Below are positions 32,459 to 41,946 of a stretch of 64,000 nucleotides of DNA, one piece after another. The stretch is from Gemmatimonas sp. Its GTDB lineage: Bacteria > Gemmatimonadota > Gemmatimonadetes > Gemmatimonadales > Gemmatimonadaceae. Position numbers and translations under genes: made by a program. The DNA lies in the NCBI GenBank assembly GCA_965279375.1, contig OZ257156.1, forward strand, positions 1,728,001 through 1,792,000, in the 5' to 3' direction. The notes under the pieces are model-generated. The model made no database searches. It saw nothing but the letters and a program-made list of their open reading frames with translations, and was not told where the DNA came from. Within the stretch, counting starts at the first letter, position 1. The number at the start of each line of letters is the position of its first letter.

Positions 32459-32680
32459 AAGTCATCAGGCACACGAGGCTCGGCGATGAACCGCGCGCTG
32501 ATGTAGTAGTGACAACCGCGTGACCAACCGGCATGTCGTCATGGAAACATGCCGGGAACAATGCAGTGTGTTCGATGCTTCGGAGCTATGTAGGGCAATG
32601 CGAAGGCGTAAAGTGCTCAGCAGTCGGGTTCCTGACGCGTCATCGTTTCATCGCTGCACATCTCACACAGGATCTCGACC

Positions 32681-33094
32681 ATGCATGACATCATCGATAC
32701 CGCAGTAGCCGCAGGCACGTTCAAGACGCTCGCCGCGGCCGTCACCGCCGCTGGTCTCGTTCCGACGCTCAAGGGCGAAGGTCCGTTTACCGTGTTCGCG
32801 CCGACCGACGAAGCGTTTGCCAAGCTTCCCGCTGGTACGGTCGAGGCACTGTTGGCTGACATCCCGAAGCTGACCGCCATCCTCACGTATCATGTCGTCG
32901 CCGGCAAGGTGTTGGCTGCTGATGTCGTGAAGCTGGACGGCAAGGACGTCGCCACAGTGAATGGCGCAACGATTCACGTGTCGACCACGGGCGGCGTGAA
33001 GTTGAACGGCGCTGCGAATGTCGTCACCACGGACATCGAATGCACCAACGGCGTCATTCACGTGCTCGACGCGGTTATCCTGCCGCCGGCCTGA
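32681..33094 (+). CDS. Fasciclin (FAS1) domain protein
   Basis: [29 protein letters not shown]; no signal peptide. Confidence 0.93.
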   Translation: MHDIIDTAVAAGTFKTLAAAVTAAGLVPTLKGEGPFTVFAPTDEAFAKLPAGTVEALLADIPKLTAILTYHVVAGKVLAADVVKLDGKDVATVNGATIHVSTTGGVKLNGAANVVTTDIECTNGVIHVLDAVILPPA

Positions 33095-33174
33095 TCTCGT
33101 AACGGTCGAACGGTGCTGCACAGGCCGGTTCGCTACTGAACCGCGCTCGAGTGCACCATCGGCGCGTCTCGTAA

Positions 33175-33218
33175 ACACAACGCCCGGTCATCCACTTTGG
33201 ATGCCGGGCGTTTTGTGT
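33175..33218 (+). terminator. Rho-independent terminator after fasciclin gene
   Basis: CGCCCGG(T)CATCCA-CTT-TGGATGCCGGGCG-TTTT. Confidence 0.75.
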
Positions 33219-33257
33219 CGCGTCATTCGCCGCAATCGGGATGTCGGCGCTGAGTGA

Positions 33258-34052
33258 TCAGCCCCGCTTGGTCCAAATAATCAGCGTGCCACAGGTCGTG
33301 AGCTGCTTGCCGAACTCCGCTGGAATGCTCGACAGGCCGCGGTAGTACTCGATACCAATCACGATGTCGGGGTTGATGCTGTTGAGGTCGAAGGGGATGT
33401 CGCCTCGCTTCCCTTCGTAGACCCACGTCCGATCGATCATCACCGACGCATAGCACGGTCGGCCCCGCGTCGCGCCACGCCCTGCGGACGCGTAGACGCC
33501 AAAGCCGCCGACCGATCGTGTCAGCATGATACCGGGAATGCGACGTGCCACATCGGAAAACTGCCCGTGCGACGCGTTCCGGATCATCGCCTCGTCGAAG
33601 AAGTCTCCCGACACCGTGCGCCGCCGACGCTCGAAATCCTCGAGGCCGAGCGGAATCGCATTCGCGGTGACGCTGACCTTGGCGACCGACTGCACACCGG
33701 CCGGTAGCGGTGTGAGCAGAATGTCCGCGTCCACGGTGTCTGACATCGCGAACGCCATGTACGTCTGCAGCGGCGCGAAGCCCACCTGATTCACCTGCAG
33801 CAGCTGTCGTCCGGGCGTGATGCCGGTGAAAACGAACTTGCCCGTGGAGTCGGTGACGACGCGCAGGTTGAGCGACGGCATGCTCAGCGTCGCTCCGGCG
33901 ATCGGTCGTTCGGCCGAGTCGCTCAGCACACGGCCGGAGAAGGTCGCAGGCCGGGAGGCCGGTTTCTGTGCAGATGCCGGCAACGCGCCAAGCAGCGCGC
34001 AACAGAGCGCGGCAGGCAAGGCACGAGCAACAACGAACAATGCGGGACGCAC
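33258..34052 (-). CDS. Secreted carboxypeptidase-regulatory-like + TonB-plug-like protein, no barrel
   Basis: GGAGG RBS before GTG 34052; signal ASA-Q; PIAGATL; INPDIVIGIEYY; CGTLIIWTK end; resembles C-terminal half of 21356-22804. Confidence 0.7.
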   Translation of the reverse strand: MRPALFVVARALPAALCCALLGALPASAQKPASRPATFSGRVLSDSAERPIAGATLSMPSLNLRVVTDSTGKFVFTGITPGRQLLQVNQVGFAPLQTYMAFAMSDTVDADILLTPLPAGVQSVAKVSVTANAIPLGLEDFERRRRTVSGDFFDEAMIRNASHGQFSDVARRIPGIMLTRSVGGFGVYASAGRGATRGRPCYASVMIDRTWVYEGKRGDIPFDLNSINPDIVIGIEYYRGLSSIPAEFGKQLTTCGTLIIWTKRG

Positions 34053-34235
34053 GCACAGCCTCCGCTGCGAGCCGAGTGCATCACGGTCGCCGGACGGGGT
34101 CGGGAAAGTATCTCGGAGGAGAAGCTCACGTCGCGCATCGAATGCGCAAGCCCGAGGATCCCTGCGATGCGGTCGGCGCGAGCGGGGAAAACATTCCTGC
34201 CGCACGAACGGCGCCTCGCCGCAACGCAGTCCGTG

Positions 34236-34904
34236 TCACACCCCGCGTACGACTCCAGCGCCTAGCCACACTCCCACAACGGTGCTGGCACAGGCCGCAC
34301 CCACGCGGATGGCCAGGCCGATCTGCTGGCTCAGGCTGCTCGCCAACCCGGCCACCGCACCCGTCATGATCGATACGAGACTCATCCCAAGGATCGTACC
34401 AACGCCGAAGACCACCAGGTAGACCAACTGCTCACTGGCTGAGCTTGCCGCGGCAACGATCAGGACCATCACGGCACCGCTGCCGGCCAGTCCGTGCGCG
34501 ATGCCGAACCCGAACGCGCCACGCGCCGAACGCAGGTTCTGGTGTGAATGGGGATGGGCGTGCGCGTGCGCAACTTCGTGGGCCGGCCCCTGCCGACGCC
34601 GGTGCCGACGCGCCTCCACTGCGAGCGTGCTCACGCCCAGCACGATCAGCAGCGCGGCTACTCCCAGCTCCGCCGTGCGGAAGAACGTGGCGGGGACGCG
34701 AATGCCCAACACGCTGATGCACAGCGCGACGACGCCCAATGACGCCGTGTGACCGATACCCCACGCCACACCCAGCCCCGATGCCGTGCGCCATCCATGT
34801 CGCGACGCCAACGTGGAGACCGCGGCCAGATGATCCGGTTCGAAGGCGTGACGGAATCCCACAAGAAACCCGATCCCGATCAGGGCGAAGATGGCGTGCG
34901 TCAT
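34236..34904 (-). CDS. Nickel transporter (NiCoT/UreH-like)
   Basis: RHAFEPDH (HX4DH) signature, WGIGH, His-rich loop HEVAHAHAHPHSH, HGLAGSG; ATGA overlap with hypF. Confidence 0.85.
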   Translation of the reverse strand: MTHAIFALIGIGFLVGFRHAFEPDHLAAVSTLASRHGWRTASGLGVAWGIGHTASLGVVALCISVLGIRVPATFFRTAELGVAALLIVLGVSTLAVEARRHRRRQGPAHEVAHAHAHPHSHQNLRSARGAFGFGIAHGLAGSGAVMVLIVAAASSASEQLVYLVVFGVGTILGMSLVSIMTGAVAGLASSLSQQIGLAIRVGAACASTVVGVWLGAGVVRGV

Positions 34905-37402
34905 TGCGGCCGGAACCGAAGAGCGTGGAAGTCGTTGCGGCCTGACGTCGCGACGGCGTCGTGCCTGGTCGAGAGCATCGTGGTCGAGATCTTCGTGGCC
35001 GCGATCATCGTGGCCGCGATCATCGCTTGCCCGAGCGCGATGCCCCCATCGTTGGGTGGCACACGCCGATGCGTCAGGACGCGAAAGCCCGCGGCGTGCA
35101 AGCGCTCGCGGGCGAGGGTCAGCAGCAACACGTTCTGGAAGACGCCGCCAGTGAGTCCGACCAGGTCGAGCTGGTGGCGATCGCGAACGCGCACGGCCAC
35201 GCGCACGATCGCATCGGCAATGGCCGAATGCATCCGCATGGCGATCAGCCCGCGATCGACGCCGCGTCGCAGGTCTCCGATTATGCGGCGCAACACCGGG
35301 GCCGCGTCGAACGTCATCGGGCGCCCCTCGGCTGCTGCAATCGCGAACACGTAGCCGCCCGTCCGATCGCGGCTGGGATCGTGACGCATCGCGCTCCACG
35401 CCATCGCCTCGAACTCCACGGCGGCCTGTCCCTCATAGCTCACGGTGGCCGGTCCGCCGCACAGGGCCGACGCCGCGTCGAGAAGTCGGCCCATCGAACT
35501 CGTCGTCACACAGCCAAAGCCACGATCGAGCTGCTGCGTGAGGACACGCCGCGATTCCGCGTTGATGGCGCGCTGGACGCCGTCCGGCGCATCCTCCCAC
35601 GCGACCCCGGCCGCATGCAACTGCGCCAGCGCCACGCGCGCGGGATGGCGCACCGCCGAGTCGCCGCCGGGCAGCTGTGTGGGGGCGAGGTGCGCGACAC
35701 GTTCGAAGCCGTGATAGTCGGCTACCAGCACCTCACCACCCCAGATCGTGCCGTCGGTGCCGTAGCCGGTGCCGTCGAACGCCACCCCGATCACGCGCTC
35801 ATGCGTCAGGCCATGCTCCGCCATCAGCGACGCCACATGCGCGTGGTGATGCTGCACTGTCATCACCGGCAGTCCGCGTTCTGCGGCCCAGGCACGCGCC
35901 ACCGCCGCCGACGCGTAGTCCGGATGGGCGTCGCAGGCGACGGCCATCGGTGTGGTCTCGAGCAGTGTGCTCAGATGCGACATCGTGGACGTGAGCAGCG
36001 CGCGTGTCTCGATGCCGGCTACGTCGCCGATGTGCGGACTGAGGAACGCGTGCTGGTCGCGCGTGATGCACAACGTGGCCTTGAGTTCGCCGCCGACGGC
36101 CAGCACAGACGGATAAGGCGCGCTCGTGACCGCACCGATCGAACCCGGCACGGCGGGAAGCGCGACGGGATACGGCGCGTACCCGCGCGACCGTCGGATT
36201 GGCAGCAGGTCGCCCCTCACCACGCGCATGACGGAATCATCGCATGGCATCGCGATCTCGCGGTCATGCAGCAGCAACCCGTCGCACAACGGTGCAAGTC
36301 GCGCGCGCGCCTCGTCGTTGGTGTAGGCGATCGGCTCGTCGCTCACGTTCCCTGACGTCATCACGAGTGGACCGTCCGCGGCCAACAGATGATGCAGTGG
36401 TGCATACGGCAGCATCACGCCCAGCAGATCGTGTCCCGGCGCGATGTTGGGAGCCAGCAGATTGTCGACGCGGGCACGCAGCAGGACGATCGGCGCTTCC
36501 GCGCTGCACAGGAGCGCGGCCTCCGCGTCGGACACCACGCCAACGCCGAGCGCCACGTCGATCGTTGCCACCATCACCGCGAGCGGTTTGGCCGCGCGCT
36601 GCTTCCGGTCGCGCAATCGCTGCACGGCGAGCGGATTGGTCGCGTCACACACCAGATGAAATCCACCGACGCCCTTCACTGCGACGGTGCCACCGGCCCG
36701 AATGCAGCGGAGCGCCGCGCCAAGGGGATCTCCGCTCCCGTCGCAGCCGGCGAGCATCTCCGCGGACGCGCTCGGTGAGCGCTCCCATGAGAGCTGCGGT
36801 CCACAGTCGGGGCAGGCGTTGGGCTGCGCGTGGAATCGACGATGGGTCGGTGTGTCGTACTCCCGCTGGCACGAGACGCACATGGTGAACGCCGCCATCG
36901 TCGTCTTCGCCCGATCGTACGGCAGGTCGCGCACGATGGTGTACCGTGGCCCGCAGTGACTGCAGTTGATGAACGGATAGCGATAGCGACGGTCCGTCGG
37001 GTCCCGCAGCTCGGCCAGACACGCGTCGCACGTCCCGATATCCTGGCTGACGACGGCTCGACGTTGACCGCCGGCGGCGGACACGGTACTCGCCACGATG
37101 CCAAAGCCCGTCGTGCCTCGCGGTGGAATCGATGCGCGCTCCACCGTCTCGATCCGCGCCTGTGGCGGGGCGTGGCGCTGCAGCGCGTCGAAGAAGCGTT
37201 CTACCGCGTCCGCATCTCCCTCGACTTCCAGAAACACGCCGTCCGCATCGTTGCCGACATGCCCCGTCAGCTCGCACTGCTGTGCCAACGCATGCACGAA
37301 GGGGCGAAATCCGACGCCCTGCACACCGCCACGCACGCGCGCGCGATCACGCACTTGCTCACGCACCTTCGCCGCCGCGGTCGATGTTGCCAGTGCGTTC
37401 AT
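34901..37402 (-). CDS. hypF: Carbamoyltransferase HypF
   Basis: VQGVGFRPFV, zinc fingers CDAC/CSHCGPRY/CVSC/CPDCGP, KGVGGFHL, HHHAH, DGTGYG, PPNDGGIALGQ. Confidence 0.97.
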   Translation of the reverse strand: MNALATSTAAAKVREQVRDRARVRGGVQGVGFRPFVHALAQQCELTGHVGNDADGVFLEVEGDADAVERFFDALQRHAPPQARIETVERASIPPRGTTGFGIVASTVSAAGGQRRAVVSQDIGTCDACLAELRDPTDRRYRYPFINCSHCGPRYTIVRDLPYDRAKTTMAAFTMCVSCQREYDTPTHRRFHAQPNACPDCGPQLSWERSPSASAEMLAGCDGSGDPLGAALRCIRAGGTVAVKGVGGFHLVCDATNPLAVQRLRDRKQRAAKPLAVMVATIDVALGVGVVSDAEAALLCSAEAPIVLLRARVDNLLAPNIAPGHDLLGVMLPYAPLHHLLAADGPLVMTSGNVSDEPIAYTNDEARARLAPLCDGLLLHDREIAMPCDDSVMRVVRGDLLPIRRSRGYAPYPVALPAVPGSIGAVTSAPYPSVLAVGGELKATLCITRDQHAFLSPHIGDVAGIETRALLTSTMSHLSTLLETTPMAVACDAHPDYASAAVARAWAAERGLPVMTVQHHHAHVASLMAEHGLTHERVIGVAFDGTGYGTDGTIWGGEVLVADYHGFERVAHLAPTQLPGGDSAVRHPARVALAQLHAAGVAWEDAPDGVQRAINAESRRVLTQQLDRGFGCVTTSSMGRLLDAASALCGGPATVSYEGQAAVEFEAMAWSAMRHDPSRDRTGGYVFAIAAAEGRPMTFDAAPVLRRIIGDLRRGVDRGLIAMRMHSAIADAIVRVAVRVRDRHQLDLVGLTGGVFQNVLLLTLARERLHAAGFRVLTHRRVPPNDGGIALGQAMIAATMIAATKISTTMLSTRHDAVATSGRNDFHALRFRPQ
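34966..35025. repeat. Four degenerate 15-bp tandem units in hypF 3' end
   Basis: TGGTCGAGAGCATCG/TGGTCGAGATCTTCG/TGGCCGCGATCATCG x2; encodes MIAAT-MIAAT-KISTT-MLST. Confidence 0.7.
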
Positions 37403-37440
37403 GGAGGAAGAGTCTGCGTCGCGCACCTCGTGCACGGAAA

Positions 37441-37457
37441 TAGCATGTTCATGCCAT
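37441..37457. promoter_or_regulatory. Putative 7-2-7 operator in the divergent hypF / DUF1641 promoter
   Basis: TAGCATG-TT-CATGCCA-T; 14 of 17 nt identical to site at 41930. Confidence 0.6.
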
Positions 37458-37526
37458 AACGTGCTCTGGTGCAAAGTCGTACCGTATCGCCTCCCACCCG
37501 AAGGTTCACGACCCCGGAGTCATCGC

Positions 37527-38312
37527 ATGGGCATCACACTCGTTGACGGCGACGCGTCACGACAGGAGCAGCTGCTCGCCAGACTGGCGGAACCGCAGAC
37601 AGCCGCCGCGTTGAACAAGCTCCTCGATCGCCTCGAAATCATCGTATTCGCCACCGAGGCGCTCGACGGCTTTCTGCATCGCGCCGACATCATCTCGGAT
37701 TCGGTGTCGGAATCCGTGGGTGATCTGCGCAAGATGGTTGGCGTCTCCGGTACCGCCGCGCTCATGTCTAAGCTGCCACAGCTCGCCGCAACGGGCGCGC
37801 AGGTCGCGGACGTCGCGCAGTCCCCGCCGGTGCAGCGCCTGCTCAACTCCGGACTGCTCGAAAAGCTCGGCGATCCGGAGACGATCGCCTCCATCAAGGG
37901 GCTCATCGACAAACTGGAGCTCGCGGTCTTCTCGCTCGAAGCGATGGATGGCTTCCTGCGCCGCGGCGACATGCTGGCCGATAACCTCGCCGACGCCGTC
38001 AACGACGCGCGCGGCATAGCCCCCGACATCGATCCGAAAAAGCTGCGGCAGGTGCTGGTGGACCTCCCCACGCTCGTCGAAGCGGGATCGACGCTGGTCA
38101 AGTCCGGCATGCTCGACCCCGAAGTCGTCATGCTGCTCGGCGAGGCCGGCCATGTCTTCGCCCGCGCCTACGACGATGCAAAGGGACACAAGCCGCAGAA
38201 CCTCGGCATCCTCGGACTCGCCAAGGCGCTGCGCGATCCGGACGTCTCGCGTTCGCTGGAGTTCGGCCTCCGCATCGCCAAGGCGTTCGGCAAGTCGCTC
38301 AAGGAGCACTAG
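37527..38312 (+). CDS. DUF1641 / HucM-like helical protein with internal duplication
   Basis: GGAG RBS; two L..P.....L..L.D.LE......EA.DGFL.R.D repeats; C-terminal GILGLAKALRDPDV....FG. Confidence 0.75.
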   Translation: MGITLVDGDASRQEQLLARLAEPQTAAALNKLLDRLEIIVFATEALDGFLHRADIISDSVSESVGDLRKMVGVSGTAALMSKLPQLAATGAQVADVAQSPPVQRLLNSGLLEKLGDPETIASIKGLIDKLELAVFSLEAMDGFLRRGDMLADNLADAVNDARGIAPDIDPKKLRQVLVDLPTLVEAGSTLVKSGMLDPEVVMLLGEAGHVFARAYDDAKGHKPQNLGILGLAKALRDPDVSRSLEFGLRIAKAFGKSLKEH

Positions 38313-38315
38313 CGC

Positions 38316-38708
38316 GTGCACGAACTCTCGCTGGCCCATGGCATCGTCGAGCTGGCGAGCGAGGCCGCCGAACGCGCGCAGGCCGCGCGCGTGACGGCGG
38401 TGCACCTGCGCGTCGGTCGCCTCTCTGGCGTCGAGGCGGGCGCGCTGCTCTTTTCGTATGACATTGCGGCGGCAGGCACGCCACTCGAAGGGTCGCGGCT
38501 CGTGATCGAGGAATTGCCGGTGGTGGTGTGGTGCGTGCCCTGCGGCGCACTGCGTGAGTTGCCGGGCGTGCAGCGCTTTCGCTGTCCCACCTGCGACACG
38601 CCATCGGGAGATATCAGACAAGGACGCGAGTGCGACGTGCAATCGATCGAGATCGAAGCCTCGCGCGTCGACTCGCTCGATGTTGAATCCTGCCAGCCCG
38701 TGTCGTAG
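38316..38708 (+). CDS. hypA: Nickel metallochaperone HypA
   Basis: MHELS start; CVPC and CPTC zinc finger; GRE. Confidence 0.96.
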   Translation: MHELSLAHGIVELASEAAERAQAARVTAVHLRVGRLSGVEAGALLFSYDIAAAGTPLEGSRLVIEELPVVVWCVPCGALRELPGVQRFRCPTCDTPSGDIRQGRECDVQSIEIEASRVDSLDVESCQPVS

Positions 38709-38748
38709 TGCGCGACGTCGTTCGATCCATCATCCGGACACATTCGTC

Positions 38749-39450
38749 ATGAGCAGTCCCCGCATCGTCGAAGTACGCGCTGGCGTCCTGAAGAAGAACG
38801 ACGAACTCGCACGCGCGCTGCGTGAGCGCTATACCGGCGCCGGTACCTTCGTCGTCAATCTCGTCTCCAGCCCGGGCACCGGAAAAACCGCACTGCTCGA
38901 AGCGATGTTGACCCGCCTGCATGCCAACGGCGTGCGCGTCGCGGCACTCGTCGGCGATCTGGAGACGGACAACGACGCACGCCGCCTCGCCCGCAGTGGC
39001 GCACCGGTTCGACAGATCAACACGCACGGCCGCTGCCACCTCGAAGCGGAGATGATCAGCACGCACCTCGAGGGCTGGCACCTCGATGACATCGAGATCC
39101 TCTTCGTCGAGAACGTCGGCAATCTCGTCTGCCCGTCGTCCTACGATCTGGGCGAAGCGATGCGTCTCGTCATGCTGTCGGTCACCGAAGGGGAAGACAA
39201 GCCGCTCAAATATCCGGGCATGTTCAACTCGGCCGACGTTGCAGTCATCACCAAGATGGACCTCGCCGTCGCCTGCGAGTTCGACGAACCGCTCGCCGTG
39301 GCCAACATCCGCGAAGTGCGCCCCGGCATGACGGTGCTCACCGTCTCGTCGAAACGCGGTGATGGGATGGACACGTTGCTGCAGGCGCTCACCGATGCCC
39401 GAAGTGCATGGCTGGCTGCTCGCGCCGAGGCCGCCGTCGGCGCGCTGTAG
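38749..39450 (+). CDS. hypB: Nickel-insertion GTPase HypB
   Basis: SSPGTGKT, CHLEA, ENVGNLVCP, SVTEGEDKPLKYP, TKMD. Confidence 0.97.
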   Translation: MSSPRIVEVRAGVLKKNDELARALRERYTGAGTFVVNLVSSPGTGKTALLEAMLTRLHANGVRVAALVGDLETDNDARRLARSGAPVRQINTHGRCHLEAEMISTHLEGWHLDDIEILFVENVGNLVCPSSYDLGEAMRLVMLSVTEGEDKPLKYPGMFNSADVAVITKMDLAVACEFDEPLAVANIREVRPGMTVLTVSSKRGDGMDTLLQALTDARSAWLAARAEAAVGAL

Positions 39451-39499
39451 ATTTGTGGCGTGACCCACGATCTGCGTTGTCACTCGTGAGCAGCCCGGC

Positions 39500-41248
39500 G
39501 TGAACGGCTCGCGCGCCTCACTCGATCGGCTCGCCGCGCTCCCGCCGCTGGCCGCACGTGATCGCGCCCTTGGCGCGATCGAGGCCATTCACGCCTGCGC
39601 ACGTGCCGTCGCACAGGAACCCGATGCGGTCGAGCTGGCGCGCGCGCTCGCGCATCAGCTGAGACGCACCCTGCGCGTGCAGAATGTGCTCGTCGCCTCC
39701 GTCACCGATGAACAGATCGTCGCCTGCACCTTTGCCATGTCGGGCGACGAGCTCCCCACCGACGATCAGCGCGACGCCATGCAGGCTCTCGCCGCGTGGG
39801 TGGTGCTACGCCGACAACTTTTCCTCGCCAACAACGACGAGCAGGTGATCGCCGGCGACGGCCGCCTGCTGTCGGAGCTCGGGTGGCGACAAGTCGTGGC
39901 CGTTCCCGTGCTGCATCATCAGGGACATCCACTCGCCGTCCTGCTGCTGGTGAGCCGTCGTGACGCGGGCGGCTTCAGTGCGGCCGATGTTCGCCTCGTC
40001 GAGACCGTCGCGGCCCCCGCCGCCGTCGCATTCGATCGCGCCACACTCCTCGGCCAGCTGCAAGAGTGGACGAATGGCATGGAGGCGCTGCTCACCTTCA
40101 GCTCGGCCGTCAATCGCCGCCGCGATCCGGCCACGCTGGTGCGCGACATGGTGGAGCATGCGGCACGGTTTCTCAGCGCCGATGGTGGGCGCGGCGGGGT
40201 CTGCGAAACCGTGCCCTGCAAGCCGCCCGTTACGCAGTTGCGCAGTGTCGCACGGTGGCACAACAACGGATGGATCGAGGAAGAGCGGACCTGGCGCGCC
40301 GATGAGGGCATTCCCGGTACCATGCTCGAAACCGAATTCCCGATCCTGATCGCCAGCTACGCCGATGATCGCCTCGCCGAGCCGGCGCTGATCGGTACGG
40401 TGCATCGCGCGATCGGTGTGCCGATCAAGAATGCGCACGATGTCGTGCTCGGCTTCTTCGAGTTGCACCGTGGTGAAGGGCGCCCCCCGTTCACCTGGCG
40501 CGACGCCGCGCTGCTGGAAGCGCTGGCTAGCACCATCGCCGTGGCCATCGACAACGAACGCCTCGCCGTGGAGCTCTCCACCAAGAGCGAGGAGGTACGT
40601 CAGCTCGCCGCGCATCATCTCCGACGTCTGGAAGACGAACGCCAGCACATCGCGCGTGAACTGCACGATGAGGCGGGGCAGGCGTTGGTGGCCGTGAAGC
40701 TGTCGCTGCAGGCGGCGACACGGCTCGTTCCCCCAGACCAGCCCGCGCTGCGCGAACAGTTGGACCATCTGCGCGGGCAGCTCAACGATGCCGCGACCCA
40801 GCTCAAGACGATGGCCCGCAACCTGCGCCCGCCCACGCTCGACCGCCTGGGGCTCGACATGGCGCTCGCGCAGCTGGCCGAAGAGACACAGGAGCGCATG
40901 GGGTGCGTCGTGCGACTGGAGATGGACTGGCATCCCAAGCGCCTCGCGCCGGAGATCGAGACGGCGCTCTTTCGCGTGACGCAGGAAGCGCTCACCAACG
41001 CGGCCAAGCATGCGGCAGCGCGCGAGGTCGCGATCTCGCTCACGTTCGACATGGCGCATGTGACGCTCCGCATCGTGGACAACGGCGCCGGCTTCGATGC
41101 ACGCGATGGCCGCGGCGGTCTCGGTATCATCGGCATTCGCGAGCGGATCGCCATGCTCGACGGCGACGTGCAGGTCATCTCCAGCTCCGGCGCCGGCACC
41201 ACGCTGGTCGCCCGCGTTCCCATTGCCGTCGGCGAGGCATCGCACTGA
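39500..41248 (+). CDS. Soluble GAF-GAF sensor histidine kinase (HisKA_3/NarX-type core)
   Basis: Two GAF-like segments (AVP...FSAADVRL; GVP...FTWRDAALL); ERQHIARELHDEAGQ, QEALTNAAKHA, DNGAGF, GLGIIGIRER; no TM. Confidence 0.9.
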   Translation: MNGSRASLDRLAALPPLAARDRALGAIEAIHACARAVAQEPDAVELARALAHQLRRTLRVQNVLVASVTDEQIVACTFAMSGDELPTDDQRDAMQALAAWVVLRRQLFLANNDEQVIAGDGRLLSELGWRQVVAVPVLHHQGHPLAVLLLVSRRDAGGFSAADVRLVETVAAPAAVAFDRATLLGQLQEWTNGMEALLTFSSAVNRRRDPATLVRDMVEHAARFLSADGGRGGVCETVPCKPPVTQLRSVARWHNNGWIEEERTWRADEGIPGTMLETEFPILIASYADDRLAEPALIGTVHRAIGVPIKNAHDVVLGFFELHRGEGRPPFTWRDAALLEALASTIAVAIDNERLAVELSTKSEEVRQLAAHHLRRLEDERQHIARELHDEAGQALVAVKLSLQAATRLVPPDQPALREQLDHLRGQLNDAATQLKTMARNLRPPTLDRLGLDMALAQLAEETQERMGCVVRLEMDWHPKRLAPEIETALFRVTQEALTNAAKHAAAREVAISLTFDMAHVTLRIVDNGAGFDARDGRGGLGIIGIRERIAMLDGDVQVISSSGAGTTLVARVPIAVGEASH

Positions 41249-41889
41249 TGCGCGGGCATCGCGTACTGGTGGTGGACGATCACGCTCTGGTACGCCGTGG
41301 CCTGATGGCGCTGCTTCAGTCGGAGGGGCGCTTTACCGTCGTCGGGGAAGCGGGGAACGGCGAAGAGGCACTCACGCTGGTCACGCAGCTCCGCCCGGAT
41401 ATCGTGCTGCTCGATCTCTCCATGCCGCGCATGGACGGTCTGGAGACGATTCGCCGCATTCGTCGCATGCCGATGCGTCTGCGCGTGCTCGTGCTGTCGA
41501 TGTACGACGACCTGCAGTTCATCGCACAGGCGCTCTCCGACGGCGCCGATGGCTACCTGCTGAAGGATGCGATGGACGATGAGCTCTTCACCGCGCTGGA
41601 CGCTGTGCTGCGCGGACAGCGCTATCTCGCCCGATCCATCGATCAATCACGCATCGCCGAAGTGGCCGTTCACTCGGTGGAGCTCACCCAGCGCGAGCGT
41701 GAAGTCCTGCAGCTCATCGCCGACGGCCACACCACGCAGCACGTCGCCGAGATTCTCTCTATCTCGCCACACACCGCCACACGTCACCGGGCCAACCTGA
41801 TGCACAAGCTGGACGTGCACAATCAGGTCGAACTCGTCCGGGCGGCGGTTCAGCGAGGGCTGATCGTGGTTCCCGGGCGCGGCGCCTAG
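41248..41889 (+). CDS. NarL/LuxR-family response regulator
   Basis: TGATG coupling; VVDDH, LLDLSMP, GYLLK; HTH LTQREREVLQLIADG...HRANLMHKL. Confidence 0.95.
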   Translation: MRGHRVLVVDDHALVRRGLMALLQSEGRFTVVGEAGNGEEALTLVTQLRPDIVLLDLSMPRMDGLETIRRIRRMPMRLRVLVLSMYDDLQFIAQALSDGADGYLLKDAMDDELFTALDAVLRGQRYLARSIDQSRIAEVAVHSVELTQREREVLQLIADGHTTQHVAEILSISPHTATRHRANLMHKLDVHNQVELVRAAVQRGLIVVPGRGA

Positions 41890-41929
41890 CCGCTGCTGCA
41901 TTCGCGGCCGTTGAAAAAATTCCGCCAGC

Positions 41930-41946
41930 TAACATGAACATGCCAT
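41930..41946. promoter_or_regulatory. Putative 7-2-7 operator upstream of hucS
   Basis: TAACATG-AA-CATGCCA-T; matches site at 37441. Confidence 0.6.
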
